The position numbers and the translations under genes were made by a program. Shown here one piece after another: positions 42,466 to 52,966 of a DNA stretch of 64,000 nucleotides. Each line of letters starts with the position of its first letter. Within the stretch, counting starts at the first letter, position 1. This DNA is from Nitrospinales bacterium (lineage in GTDB: Bacteria; Nitrospinota; Nitrospinia; Nitrospinales; VA-1), in contig OZ253496.1 of NCBI GenBank assembly GCA_965262115.1, positions 480,001-544,000 on the forward strand. The letters run 5' to 3'. The notes beneath the pieces were generated by a model. That model made no database searches. It worked only from the letters and a program-made list of their open reading frames with translations, and was not told where the DNA came from.

Positions 42466-45400
42466 TTAATTATTTGAATAACCTCGATGCGTTACAACTT
42501 TTGCACTTTGGTCAGAAACAGCCTCAGAAGGCTGATCGGAAATGCCGCCTGGGCTCTTGGAATCAGCAACCTCGGTCGCATCACCACCAAGTAACTCAAC
42601 AGGTTTCCGGGCATAAAAAACTTGTGTTTCATTGTTATATGAGAGCGTAAGGCTAAAGTTGTCTTCTGGCCACCCAGTTGCTACTTTTATTTGTCCTTTT
42701 GCTCCACCACTTTTTTCAGCTTCAATTAATTTTTGAATAATATTAATTGGCTTACCAGTCTTTGCAACATCTCTTTGCAAATTCATTATTAAAGCAATAT
42801 CTTCCCTTGTCGCGGGCTTCTTCTTCCCCCGAACATAAGATCTTGAGATAAAGAAATACGGGTCTTTAGGCGGGAACTGAGGAAACGCATAACCATTTTG
42901 TACATCCACAAAAATCTTTTTAAACTCATCACTTTGAATGTAATCAACGATCTTGTATATTTCCTCTTTTGTCAAAACTGATCCCATCCCATCACGATTT
43001 CCGATCCCCCACTCTGGCATTAGTCTTGTAAAACGTCCATTGTGAGGAACTTCAAACATATCATCACGGGTCCTGACAAGTGAATCTGCCTCATAAGAGA
43101 TCCCCGTGATTCCTTCCCCGGTATAACCGTGACAATGCGCACAGTTCATCTCGAAAATTTGCCGTCCTGTCAAAGTAGAACCTCGTTTAAATGGTTTTGC
43201 AGGCGGCAAAGTTTGAACCGTTCCATCCCAACGCAAAAGCTCCCCTCTTTGCTCCCAACCTTTTTCATCAACCATAACTTCATAGTCGATTTTGACTGGC
43301 AGTTTCATTTCTTCAGAAGCTTTCTCCTGGGATAGAGCTTTGTATGCGTAACGGATATCTCCTCCATACATTTCAGCCCAGTGCTTTTGTCCTTTCAAAT
43401 TGTTAAAAGCCTTGTTTTCTCCAGGATTGGCTATATTTACAGCCACTTCAAGTGCCAGCGTTGGAGCAATCCCAAATTCCCCATCGCCACTACCAAGCCA
43501 AGGAACGCCATCGTTATCCCAGTCCCTTGACCCAACACCAATCGCTAACTCACCACTTCTGTTTTCTTCTGACTGTATCATTCCTGTCATCATCAAAGTC
43601 TGCACTGACCAACGGGAAAACTTGCTTACCAATGGTTTGGTCATATGTATAGGAGTAGCAAACATCATTTCCCGATACGCGCGCAACTGAGCCGAAATAT
43701 CTAAAGAATGAATCCTCACAGTATCATCGCCCAAACGACTCCTGAACAGACCAGTTGGTTCGTGCCAAAAATTTTCCCAAATATAATTCCAGGTTTGTCT
43801 TGCCCCTTCAACATATTCAAGATCATCCGTAAGTTTATATGCTTCAAGCAAAGCAAAAACTCCCGTAAAATTTGGGCGGCCTAAATCACATGCGCCAGTT
43901 GGTTTTGAGGAAGTAACATCATAAGAAACACAAAACTCCCCATTTTCTCCCTGAACACCCAACAGGAAGTCGGCATTCTTTTTGAGTAACTCCGTAGCCA
44001 GCTTTGTCAATTCTGGTTCCAGGTCATCCTTGTCAGGTGTTGCAAGAAGTGCCTGGGGATCTCGCATGCGGTCTACATACTCTTTTAACCCGATAAATGT
44101 CAATCCCATGTCTGTAATCTTTATTTCATTACCTACTCCAGGATTTTTAAGTTTCTTTCCAATCCACCAGCTGGTTTTTTTGGGTTCCCATGTCGAAACA
44201 AGAATACCGTTCCTGGTATGCATCGCTACGATATTCCTCAGGACCATATTTGCCAGATAATGCGGTACCGCGCCAAGACTTTTCTCAAGTATCCCTCCGT
44301 CTACAGGCGGATTGTCTGTAAACATGTCTGTCATCCTGTATGTTGTCTGAAAGAAGTGTGAGTTTCCCCAAAGTAACGCGCCTTGATCAAAAAGCAAACT
44401 TCGCGGATCATCTACCTCAAAGCCCCACTGGCGCTCTGGAAGATCACCGGCAAGAAGCAAGTTAGGCCAAATTCTGTGCGGAAAATATCTCAGCCCATTT
44501 TTGGGGTCATAAGTCGCGGGATTGATTCCACCCAATTCACCATCCTCGTTGGCGACCAACTGGGCTTTTAACGCCAAAACCTGATTAGCTCTTGTCGTAG
44601 CCAAGGCCATACCCCTGAACCCTTCCTCAGCGTCATTTCCAGCCAAGACAATTCTCTTGGCCTGGTTGCTGGGAGACTCACCTGTATGAGTAGCTTTCCA
44701 CATATAGTCCACCCACATACTAGCCCTTTTAAGCATAATTCCAACGCCACCCATATCTATGTACTTAACCATTTTGTCGCGATCCCATCTCCACTGCCTG
44801 TTACTGAAAAAGTATTTAGGCACCCCCCATTTTCCATTCTTCCCGCTTTGGGGGTCAACAAAGTTATCAGCAACGGGAGTTGGGGCAACAAAATGCGGAT
44901 CACCCGATTCAAACTCCAGGTATGCGGGTTGGCCATCATCTGGAAACCTCGGAATCCCAACACGTTTCCAAACTAGTGGAAAGTACCACTGAAGCATCAC
45001 GTCTTTATTAGATAAGGTGCGCTCCCCGCGATCTCTCTCAAGACGATTATATGAGGATAATTCTAATGCCTTCATGGTGAAATAAGGGCCATTCACCATA
45101 TTTATTCCGGCGTGGCTTGCAGCAAAACCAAAACCCAGGTTATTTCGAGCACTCCAATACATTTGTTGATTGGTCATCCAAATGAAAGCCGCGTTGTGCT
45201 CCAATGGCAGGGCTGCCCGGACCATATTTGATAAACCTGTTTGACTGATTTCAAACTCTTCATTAGCCGCCCATTGTTGGTACTTGGGTTTAAAGGTCCT
45301 ATCAAGGATTTTTACTTCTGGAAGTTTGCTCCTGTAGGGGCTTAAGTCAGGCTGAAATGTTCCTTCTTTGAGAATAACCATTCTGCCATCAGGTGTGTTT

Positions 45401-45516
45401 ATGTAGTAGTCCGCGTTTGCCGTGGATGACATGAGAAAAACCAAAAAAAGAGAAAAACATATACCATGTGCTTGTCTAAAAAGTGCTTGTCTAAAAACCG
45501 TATTTAAATTATTCAT
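42466..45516 (-). CDS. Large secreted protein with helical (alpha/alpha-barrel-like) core and C-terminal c-type cytochrome
   Basis: Signal peptide (ANA), ALLEAYKLT..Y...A...W helical repeat, GRQIFEMNCAHCHG..GEG with distal MPEW. Confidence 0.8.
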   Translation of the reverse strand: MNNLNTVFRQALFRQAHGICFSLFLVFLMSSTANADYYINTPDGRMVILKEGTFQPDLSPYRSKLPEVKILDRTFKPKYQQWAANEEFEISQTGLSNMVRAALPLEHNAAFIWMTNQQMYWSARNNLGFGFAASHAGINMVNGPYFTMKALELSSYNRLERDRGERTLSNKDVMLQWYFPLVWKRVGIPRFPDDGQPAYLEFESGDPHFVAPTPVADNFVDPQSGKNGKWGVPKYFFSNRQWRWDRDKMVKYIDMGGVGIMLKRASMWVDYMWKATHTGESPSNQAKRIVLAGNDAEEGFRGMALATTRANQVLALKAQLVANEDGELGGINPATYDPKNGLRYFPHRIWPNLLLAGDLPERQWGFEVDDPRSLLFDQGALLWGNSHFFQTTYRMTDMFTDNPPVDGGILEKSLGAVPHYLANMVLRNIVAMHTRNGILVSTWEPKKTSWWIGKKLKNPGVGNEIKITDMGLTFIGLKEYVDRMRDPQALLATPDKDDLEPELTKLATELLKKNADFLLGVQGENGEFCVSYDVTSSKPTGACDLGRPNFTGVFALLEAYKLTDDLEYVEGARQTWNYIWENFWHEPTGLFRSRLGDDTVRIHSLDISAQLRAYREMMFATPIHMTKPLVSKFSRWSVQTLMMTGMIQSEENRSGELAIGVGSRDWDNDGVPWLGSGDGEFGIAPTLALEVAVNIANPGENKAFNNLKGQKHWAEMYGGDIRYAYKALSQEKASEEMKLPVKIDYEVMVDEKGWEQRGELLRWDGTVQTLPPAKPFKRGSTLTGRQIFEMNCAHCHGYTGEGITGISYEADSLVRTRDDMFEVPHNGRFTRLMPEWGIGNRDGMGSVLTKEEIYKIVDYIQSDEFKKIFVDVQNGYAFPQFPPKDPYFFISRSYVRGKKKPATREDIALIMNLQRDVAKTGKPINIIQKLIEAEKSGGAKGQIKVATGWPEDNFSLTLSYNNETQVFYARKPVELLGGDATEVADSKSPGGISDQPSEAVSDQSAKVVTHRGYSNN

Positions 45517-45553
45517 TTAATTTACCTGACTTGAAAGGTTCGGTTAAATTGAT

Positions 45554-46873
45554 TTAGAAAGTTACTGACATACCCAGATTCGCCACATAAGGCGGACTTG
45601 GACCCTTGTGAGGTTGCACAACTCTACCCAAGAGAGTTGCCGTAAACCTGACCAAAGGGTCTGGGCTAAAAATAATACTTGGACCGACAAGGCTGAGCCA
45701 ACCACCACGAAAATTGGGTCGATCCTTGGTATCCTCACTATTAGGAAATCGAAACTTACCTCCGTAAGTATCTTGTTCTTGCCAGTTTGATATGCTGGAC
45801 AATTGAACGGAAAAGTAGTCCTTATAGACAGGTATAACTATTGAACCAAAAATAGTCGCCAGATCTCCCCGGTTTACGCCATCATGCTCCGCGTTAAATC
45901 TATAAGCTCCGCCCCAGTGGATTGCGGCGCGATCAAAAGGCGTTCCTGCCAGAAAATCCGGGAGGTCACCAGGCAGAAACTGACGAGTAAAAAACGTAGC
46001 AACCTTGTATGACATTTCACCTGTACCCAATTGCCTTCCTGCTGGAAGCGTTCCGTCATTCGTAAATCTTTTGAATACTGGCCGCCCACCCTTTTGCCCA
46101 CCTTTGGGAGTAACAGAAATCACACCATTGTCTCCCGCCCTTTTATTCGTTGATCCGTTGGGGAAATAGACCCCTGCGGCTACCGCCCACCCAACAGGCG
46201 CATTACCCTGATCCCAGATTTTCTTTTTAAACATCAAATTAACATCCTGAATCCCTTCTGACGCTCCTCCATTAAAAACACTTTTAGCCCCATTGCCAAT
46301 ATGAGGCAACTGCACTGGCCCACGGCTGGTAGAGTTCTCATAAGTAACGTTCAGCACGGCTGTAAAACTATGAAAAAACTTCTTGTCCAGATCAAATCCA
46401 TAGCGCAGGGAAGTCGTTAAAAACCTTCTCTGAGCGGTATTATCGACATGAATCAGATCAATCTCTCCATCTTTCGTAAAGTCTTCGCCTTCGACGTTCA
46501 CAAACTTGAAACTTGTAGCTACTTGAAAAAGGCCAGGCGGGAGAACAAACGCGTGGCCGCCAACAGCAGGTACCAGCAAAGGCGGTATGAAGTTCTTTAC
46601 CTGAACCTTGATAAGGTCACGTTCTAATATCGTGAATTTTTCATCAACACCAAGATTTAAAAAACGATCCTCAAATCTTCGGCCCTGCAAATAATCACTA
46701 TCATGTACTTCAGCCGGAGCAACGACTGGAGAGGGCAGTTGATCTTTTTTGTCAATCCTACTGTCAGCCGCCAAAAAAAGGGGGGGGGTGGCACAAAAAA
46801 TTATTGATCCAACCAACAATATCAAGACCAACCTGTAAGGATAAAACTTAACCTTGGATAGCATGGGTAACAT
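45554..46873 (-). CDS. Putative outer-membrane beta-barrel (MetA-pathway/transporter-like)
   Basis: GIQDVNLMFKK, AAGVYFPNG, QLGTG, alternating beta strands, terminal ...LGMSVTF; start uncertain (46864-46999). Confidence 0.65.
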   Translation of the reverse strand: MLPMLSKVKFYPYRLVLILLVGSIIFCATPPLFLAADSRIDKKDQLPSPVVAPAEVHDSDYLQGRRFEDRFLNLGVDEKFTILERDLIKVQVKNFIPPLLVPAVGGHAFVLPPGLFQVATSFKFVNVEGEDFTKDGEIDLIHVDNTAQRRFLTTSLRYGFDLDKKFFHSFTAVLNVTYENSTSRGPVQLPHIGNGAKSVFNGGASEGIQDVNLMFKKKIWDQGNAPVGWAVAAGVYFPNGSTNKRAGDNGVISVTPKGGQKGGRPVFKRFTNDGTLPAGRQLGTGEMSYKVATFFTRQFLPGDLPDFLAGTPFDRAAIHWGGAYRFNAEHDGVNRGDLATIFGSIVIPVYKDYFSVQLSSISNWQEQDTYGGKFRFPNSEDTKDRPNFRGGWLSLVGPSIIFSPDPLVRFTATLLGRVVQPHKGPSPPYVANLGMSVTF

Positions 46874-47013
46874 CAGTTCTTTCTTCAATTTAGGATTCCT
46901 AACAATTAAGGTTATGAAAATCAGGTGCGAAATTATGAACGACATAGTTGGAAAGGAGAAGCAGATGACTCTCTGGCCATTCCTCTGCATAATCCCCATG
47001 CCTTAACTGATTA

Positions 47014-47482
47014 AAGCGTATCACAAACTACAAGCTGAAGCGTATCACAAACTACAAGCTGAAGCGTATCACAAACTACAAGCTGAAGCGTATCACAAAC
47101 TACAAGCTGAAGCGTATCACAAACTACAAGCTGAAGCGTATCACAAACTACAAGCTGAAGCGTATCACAAACTACAAGCTGAAGCGTATCACAAACTACA
47201 AGCTGAAGCGTATCACAAACTACAAGCTGAAGCGTATCACAAACTACAAGCTGAAGCGTATCACAAACTACAAGCTGAAGCGTATCACAAACTACAAGCT
47301 GAAGCGTATCACAAACTACAAGCTGAAGCGTATCACAAACTACAAGCTGAAGCGTATCACAAACTACAAGCTGAAGCGTATCACAAACTACAAGCTGAAG
47401 CGTATCACAAACTACAAGCTGAAGCGTATCACAAACTACAAGCTGAAGCGTATCACAAACTACAAGCTGAAGCGTATCACAA
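47014..47482. repeat. Perfect tandem repeat, 24-bp unit x ~19.5
   Basis: Unit CGTATCACAAACTACAAGCTGAAG, 19 full copies plus partial ends, no spacers or mismatches seen. Confidence 0.97.
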
Positions 47483-47872
47483 GGGCCATGACTATCATGA
47501 CTGTAATGTAAGGTACCGCCTGATAGCAGAGTTTATTCTGACTACTGGAAAGGCATAATACATTGGATGTTTCGGATTTCAGACACTAACCAGACACTAA
47601 CTGGTGGTACAAAGCCGATGTTGCTTTGTGCTAAACTGTAAGGTGAACCGAAAGAAGGGGCAGTCTCTATGTCTATTAGACTATTACAGGTTACATAGAC
47701 TATTACAGGAATTGTTTTTATTGTGATTAATTAGAGGTAGTGCTAATTCTCATGGGAACTAAAGTCGTTCCTCCAAAGTGAAAATCATGTTGTTGAACGA
47801 TTTGGGGAATACACGAAAACCATTTTCCGGTGATTCGAGGCGTTTTCGCAAAAACCATGCCTCATCGAAGAT

Positions 47873-48517
47873 ATGAGCATTGAAAACCCGGAAAATTTCT
47901 CCCCTTCTTTTTCTCAAGACTGGCACACGAAAGATCTGGAAATGATCAGCCATATTGAGGTATTTCAGAAGAAACCCGTCATACTTAAAAAGGTTGAAAG
48001 CCGTCTAAACAAACTTAAAGAAGCAATGGCTGTCGAGTTGCTGTCTTGTGTTCACCAATTACCACCAGGAACAGATATTGAAAAAGGACAAATTGCCAGA
48101 GGTGAGAATCATAACGAGTTCCCCTTTTTGTCTCTGGATATTCCACAGAACTTTTCCAAAACCGAGATGTACACCTATCGAACCCTCTTCTGGTGGGGGC
48201 ATTATCTTGGGTTTTCCCTGATCTTGAAAGGTGACAAGCTAAAAATCTATTTTCAACGCCTATCCACCGCCTGCAACGAACCGTCCTTTCAGGATGTCTA
48301 CATCTCTCTGGCCCTCACCCCGTGGGAATGGCGCCATGGCAAGAAATATTTCGCGCCAGTGAGCAACCAACAGGCCTGGACTGACCCATCAAACCTTTTA
48401 GATCATATGAAGATCATGCGGTTTTATTCTGTCGCTGATGAATCGTTTAAAGAGTTAGACTGGACAGAAGCCGGAATAAAGTTCTGGAAGGACATGGCCC
48501 CTGTTTGCCTGGGTTGA
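47873..48517 (+). CDS. Hypothetical protein
   Basis: 214-aa ORF with a conserved-looking IARGEN..FPF..LD.P...RTLFWWG segment. Confidence 0.75.
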   Translation: MSIENPENFSPSFSQDWHTKDLEMISHIEVFQKKPVILKKVESRLNKLKEAMAVELLSCVHQLPPGTDIEKGQIARGENHNEFPFLSLDIPQNFSKTEMYTYRTLFWWGHYLGFSLILKGDKLKIYFQRLSTACNEPSFQDVYISLALTPWEWRHGKKYFAPVSNQQAWTDPSNLLDHMKIMRFYSVADESFKELDWTEAGIKFWKDMAPVCLG

Positions 48518-48549
48518 CCACACCCTCTGTAACAAATAATTCAACCTTG

Positions 48550-49059
48550 TCATTTTTGCACATATACCAATGGATGTTTCCAAAGGATTTTACTGGCGGG
48601 GATCACTCTCAGCTTTCCAGAGCTTGAAAAATCTTTAAAGAGCAAGACATGGTGCAGGGACGGGGCTATGGGGGAAATCCGGCTATCCGGAACATGCAGG
48701 GGAGTTGGAACCATGAACACTTTTCGTCTGCTGCCCGCGCTTTCTTCAGGAATTTCTTTTTGCATCCATTTCCCTAAAAATGGAAACTCCTCTTGAACCC
48801 CAACCGCATAAATATTTTCCAACGCAGTCCCATCCGTTTTTGAAAAAACAGCCAGACAGCCTGGCGGCAAAAATGGAGTGTGACAAGCGTCTTCGATTCT
48901 CACCCCGTAGCATGAATCCGGCAGTTCCATTGGCGGGGATATTCTGGTATAATTATTTGAAAGAAAAACCTTTTTCCCCCTCTCAGCACCGGGCTGCCTA
49001 CTTTCCCGGCTGGAGGAAAATGAGACCAGGGGAATGGAAATCTTGGAATCGTTCTTCAT
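48550..49059 (-). CDS. Hypothetical protein
   Basis: 169-aa ORF; weak resemblance to an S24-like fold not confirmed. Confidence 0.55.
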   Translation of the reverse strand: MKNDSKISIPLVSFSSSRESRQPGAERGKKVFLSNNYTRISPPMELPDSCYGVRIEDACHTPFLPPGCLAVFSKTDGTALENIYAVGVQEEFPFLGKWMQKEIPEESAGSRRKVFMVPTPLHVPDSRISPIAPSLHHVLLFKDFSSSGKLRVIPASKILWKHPLVYVQK

Positions 49060-49232
49060 AGCTTTTTTCTGTTCCCTGACAAAACAGATTACAGAATTGA
49101 ATAGTTTTATATTGCTTAGGCACTTAATATTTACTGGACTATGCGTTTCATACTTTTTCCAGATGCCTTATTTTATTTGCAGAAGAGAGCATCCATAACT
49201 CTAATAAATTATTCCATACATTATAATTTTTC

Positions 49233-50564
49233 ATGAATGAATCCAATTATCAAGAGGCTCTAAACTACCTCTACAGTCTTACACAAAGCGGCATCAAACT
49301 TGGACTTAAAAATACCGCTCGGATTCTTCAACATTTCGGTGATCCTCAATTAAAAACGACCACCATTCATATCGGTGGCACCAATGGTAAAGGATCTACT
49401 GCGGCGATCACAGAATCCATTTTAAAAACATCGGGCTATAAAGTTGGGCTTTATACCTCTCCACATCTGTTGGATTTTCGCGAGCGCATACAGATTAACC
49501 GCAGAATGATCGAAAAACAGCAAACTACGGACCTGATCTTAAGAATTAAATTGGCTGTGGAAAGCCTGAAAATCCCCATCACATTTTTTGAGTTCGGAAC
49601 TATTTTAGCCTTTCTTCATTTTCGCGAACAAAATACCGATATAAACATTATTGAAGTCGGACTGGGGGGTCGGCTGGATGCCACCAATCTTTGCAAAGCC
49701 GAAATATCCATTATCACGTCCATATCCCTGGACCATACTCAATATCTTGGAGAAGATCTGAAACAAATCGCCTTTGAAAAGGCCTCAATTATAAAGGAAA
49801 ACGGTATAGTATTTGCCCATATCCCTGAAGAGGAACTGTTTCAAGTCGTCAAGAATTCGGCCAGAAAGTGTTCAGCAGACCTTTACCGGTCGGGAGTGGA
49901 TTTCCAGGTGACCCCTGAAGCCGGAAATGAAGAGAAAAACATCTTCAGCTACAAGTGGGGCTCCCGGGTTCTAAATAACCTGATTCTGTCCCTTAATGGC
50001 CATTTTCAAAGGAATAACGCAGGGTTGGCCCTGTCAGCTTGTTTGAAGTTAAATGAACGCGGGCTCAATATTGAAGAAAAACACATAAGGCAAGGCTTGG
50101 AAACGGTTACCTGGGAAGGCCGGTTGGAAACAGTTTTCTCGCACCCCACAGTGGTGTTGGATTGCGCCCACAATGGAGCCAGCGTCAGAAACATGACACT
50201 GGAATTGCGCAAAAACTTTAAGTTTTCCCGCTGTTTTATTGTTTTGGGACTCATGCAGGACAAAAAAATTGATGAAGTCATCAAAATTTTAAGTCAGTTT
50301 GGGGATCAGTTTTTCCTGGTATCGGTCAATCCTCCTCGGGGAGAAGCTCCAGAAAAACTGGCTGAGAAACTGAAAGTTCACAATAAACCGTCTCAGGTTT
50401 TCGGGACTGTTTTTGATGCGTTACAAGCTGTAAAACAAATCGCCAATCAGGACGACCTGATTTGTATCACGGGTTCCATTTTCCTGATTGGCGCAGCCAA
50501 AAAATGTTTTAACGATGAAAACACTTCTTTTAGTTCTGGGAATATTCTTCACTCTGACGAGTGA
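49233..50564 (+). CDS. folC: Folylpolyglutamate/dihydrofolate synthase
   Basis: GTNGKGST, YTSPHL, EVGLGGRLDATN, WEGRLE, LDCAHN. Confidence 0.95.
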   Translation: MNESNYQEALNYLYSLTQSGIKLGLKNTARILQHFGDPQLKTTTIHIGGTNGKGSTAAITESILKTSGYKVGLYTSPHLLDFRERIQINRRMIEKQQTTDLILRIKLAVESLKIPITFFEFGTILAFLHFREQNTDINIIEVGLGGRLDATNLCKAEISIITSISLDHTQYLGEDLKQIAFEKASIIKENGIVFAHIPEEELFQVVKNSARKCSADLYRSGVDFQVTPEAGNEEKNIFSYKWGSRVLNNLILSLNGHFQRNNAGLALSACLKLNERGLNIEEKHIRQGLETVTWEGRLETVFSHPTVVLDCAHNGASVRNMTLELRKNFKFSRCFIVLGLMQDKKIDEVIKILSQFGDQFFLVSVNPPRGEAPEKLAEKLKVHNKPSQVFGTVFDALQAVKQIANQDDLICITGSIFLIGAAKKCFNDENTSFSSGNILHSDE

Positions 50565-52941
50565 ATCTTTTTCCATTGGCAAAGAGGGGATGCGCTCCTA
50601 CCAGTCCAGCCAGGAAAAAGCTCTCAAGCTCCCTGAATTAGACAAGGGGGAATCAGGCACTCCTGATTGGCAGTGGGGAAAAGATGAGAGACCACTTCCA
50701 CCCTCGGAATTGCAGTATTTGGAAGCTGAAGAGGAAGCTCCTGCGGCAGATTGGTTTTGGGCAAATGGAAATCCGTTGACAACAAATGAAAGTTTGGCCA
50801 TGCCCCGGTCACTAACCTTCCCAAACTGGATCCAGAATGGTGACGACCCCATCAACCGTTCGCCAGAAGAAACAAAATCTCAACCCGCCGGACAAGAAGT
50901 TTTTCTAACCGCCGACCACATGACGCATGATAATAACCGCAATCTCCTCTGGGCATGGGGAAAAGTGATTATCCGGTTGGATGACAGAGTTATTCGGGCA
51001 GATAAAGTCAAGGTGAACAATAAGACAGGAAACGGTAAGGCCACCGGCCATGTCATCATCACTCAAGATGACGGAACCCGTCTCAAATCCAAAAAAGCCC
51101 TGTTTAATATCAATAACCAGCAAGGCAAACTTTTTGAAACCCGAGGCAGGCTTGGTGAAAAGTATTATATCGAGGGAAAGGAAATCACCCGGTACTCTAA
51201 AAATCATTATAAAGTTCAGAAAGGACATCTCACAACCTGTGAAGGTAAGCTTCCGGATTGGCTTTTTGAAGCGGAATCGATGGACATTGTAATGGGTGAC
51301 CGGGTTCTTTTTACCAATGGGGTCTTTAAGATAAGAGATGTCCCCATCCTTTACATCCCGATAGGCTACCTGCCCATCGATCAGGAACGTAAAAGTGGAC
51401 TTCTAATTCCTTATTTTGGAAGCGGTAGTGTTGGGGGAGCCTCCTTTAACAATGCCTATTATTGGGCCATCAATGGGCACTCCGACGCGACATTCGGCTT
51501 GGATTATTCGGAGCAGCGCGGCTTCAAACCTTCAATTGAGTACAGGTACACCCCCAATAGTCATACTACGGGCTCCTTCAATGCTTCTTTTATTGATGAC
51601 AAGGCTACTGACTCTACATTCTGGAAAGTGGATGCCATCCACAAACAAACTCTCCCTCATGGTTTCAAGTTTAGTGGAAAACTTGACTTGGAAAGTGAGG
51701 AATTCAATAGAAACTTCAACGATAGCACCAGCCAAAGGGCCCGCCGCAATTCAGACTCCTACGCTACCATCACAAAAAACTGGGGAAGCAGTTCCTTGGA
51801 TATTCTGACCCGATATCAGGACAGTTCTGAATCAGACAGCGACCAAACCTTTGCGCAACTGCCTCAAATAACCCACAAGACACAAAGGCACTCCATTGGG
51901 GACACAGATTTTTTCTTCAGCCAGGATTCCAGCTTCACATCGTTTCTTACGGATCTGAATCAAAGCCCGGATGTAGACGACAATTTTTCCGTACAGCGCT
52001 TCGATTTTCATCCTAGAATCTCCTACACGACGAAAATCGCCCCGTGGCTTACTCTCACTCCTACCCTTGGGCTTAGAGAAACCATTTACAGTAAAGGGTT
52101 GGACACAACAGATAATAAAAATAAACGCCTGGGCTTTTTCACCCGGGAATCCTTCGATGTCAGCGCCAGTCTCCAGGGCCCAAGATTTGAAAAGATTTTC
52201 GACCTCAAAAATAAATACATCCCCAAGGTCAAACATTTAATAGAACCCCGCATCACCTATAATTACATTCCCGCCATGGATGAAACCGATCGTAGAAAAA
52301 TAAAAGTATTTGATAGCATCGATACCGTGAACCAACAAAGCACGATCACTTATTCGTTAACCCAAAGGATATTACAAAAGGAACGGGAGAAAGGTGACAA
52401 CTTTAATACCCGCGAAGTCCTTCGCTTTGATATCAGCCAAACGATTGATCTGATCGAGGCCACCGGATCGGAAACATCCGATAACAAGCGCCCATTTTCT
52501 GACCTTCGTTTTGACCTGGATAGCCGATTGTATGACAATTTGGAACTCAATTTCGACTCGACTTTTGACGTCCATGAAAATGTTCTCAAAACCTTTAACG
52601 TTGAGTTAGGGGTCAAACCCATTGACTCCCTATATCTTTTTTTTGAAAGGCGTTTTACCATAAATCAGGAAACCTTTCTCGTGGGTACCGTGGACTGGAC
52701 CTTCGGCGAAGGCTGGAGAATCCAAGGCACAACCCGCTTTGACGAAAAAGAAAAAGTATTTCAGGAAAACAACTTCAGCTTGCTATACGATAACCCCTGC
52801 AAATGCTGGGGTTTCAAATTTGATATAGTTGAAAGAAATAACCTTGCGCGAGGACTGGGGAGTGACAGGGAGGTCAAATATCTTTTGGGTATTACACTGA
52901 GAGGCCTCGGCTCTCTGAGCACGGGAAACAAAAAAAATTAA
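50515..52941 (+). CDS. lptD: LPS-assembly protein LptD
   Basis: Signal peptide, OstA-like domain, TTC...W, RKSGLLIP, HLIEP, Y..PCKCWG barrel end. Confidence 0.88.
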   Translation: MKTLLLVLGIFFTLTSESFSIGKEGMRSYQSSQEKALKLPELDKGESGTPDWQWGKDERPLPPSELQYLEAEEEAPAADWFWANGNPLTTNESLAMPRSLTFPNWIQNGDDPINRSPEETKSQPAGQEVFLTADHMTHDNNRNLLWAWGKVIIRLDDRVIRADKVKVNNKTGNGKATGHVIITQDDGTRLKSKKALFNINNQQGKLFETRGRLGEKYYIEGKEITRYSKNHYKVQKGHLTTCEGKLPDWLFEAESMDIVMGDRVLFTNGVFKIRDVPILYIPIGYLPIDQERKSGLLIPYFGSGSVGGASFNNAYYWAINGHSDATFGLDYSEQRGFKPSIEYRYTPNSHTTGSFNASFIDDKATDSTFWKVDAIHKQTLPHGFKFSGKLDLESEEFNRNFNDSTSQRARRNSDSYATITKNWGSSSLDILTRYQDSSESDSDQTFAQLPQITHKTQRHSIGDTDFFFSQDSSFTSFLTDLNQSPDVDDNFSVQRFDFHPRISYTTKIAPWLTLTPTLGLRETIYSKGLDTTDNKNKRLGFFTRESFDVSASLQGPRFEKIFDLKNKYIPKVKHLIEPRITYNYIPAMDETDRRKIKVFDSIDTVNQQSTITYSLTQRILQKEREKGDNFNTREVLRFDISQTIDLIEATGSETSDNKRPFSDLRFDLDSRLYDNLELNFDSTFDVHENVLKTFNVELGVKPIDSLYLFFERRFTINQETFLVGTVDWTFGEGWRIQGTTRFDEKEKVFQENNFSLLYDNPCKCWGFKFDIVERNNLARGLGSDREVKYLLGITLRGLGSLSTGNKKN

Positions 52942-52966
52942 TCCACCGCGAGTTTAAATCGATAAA

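Noticed and set aside
47014..47482. CRISPR array
   Set aside because: Units are contiguous and identical with no unique spacers, and no cas genes are nearby
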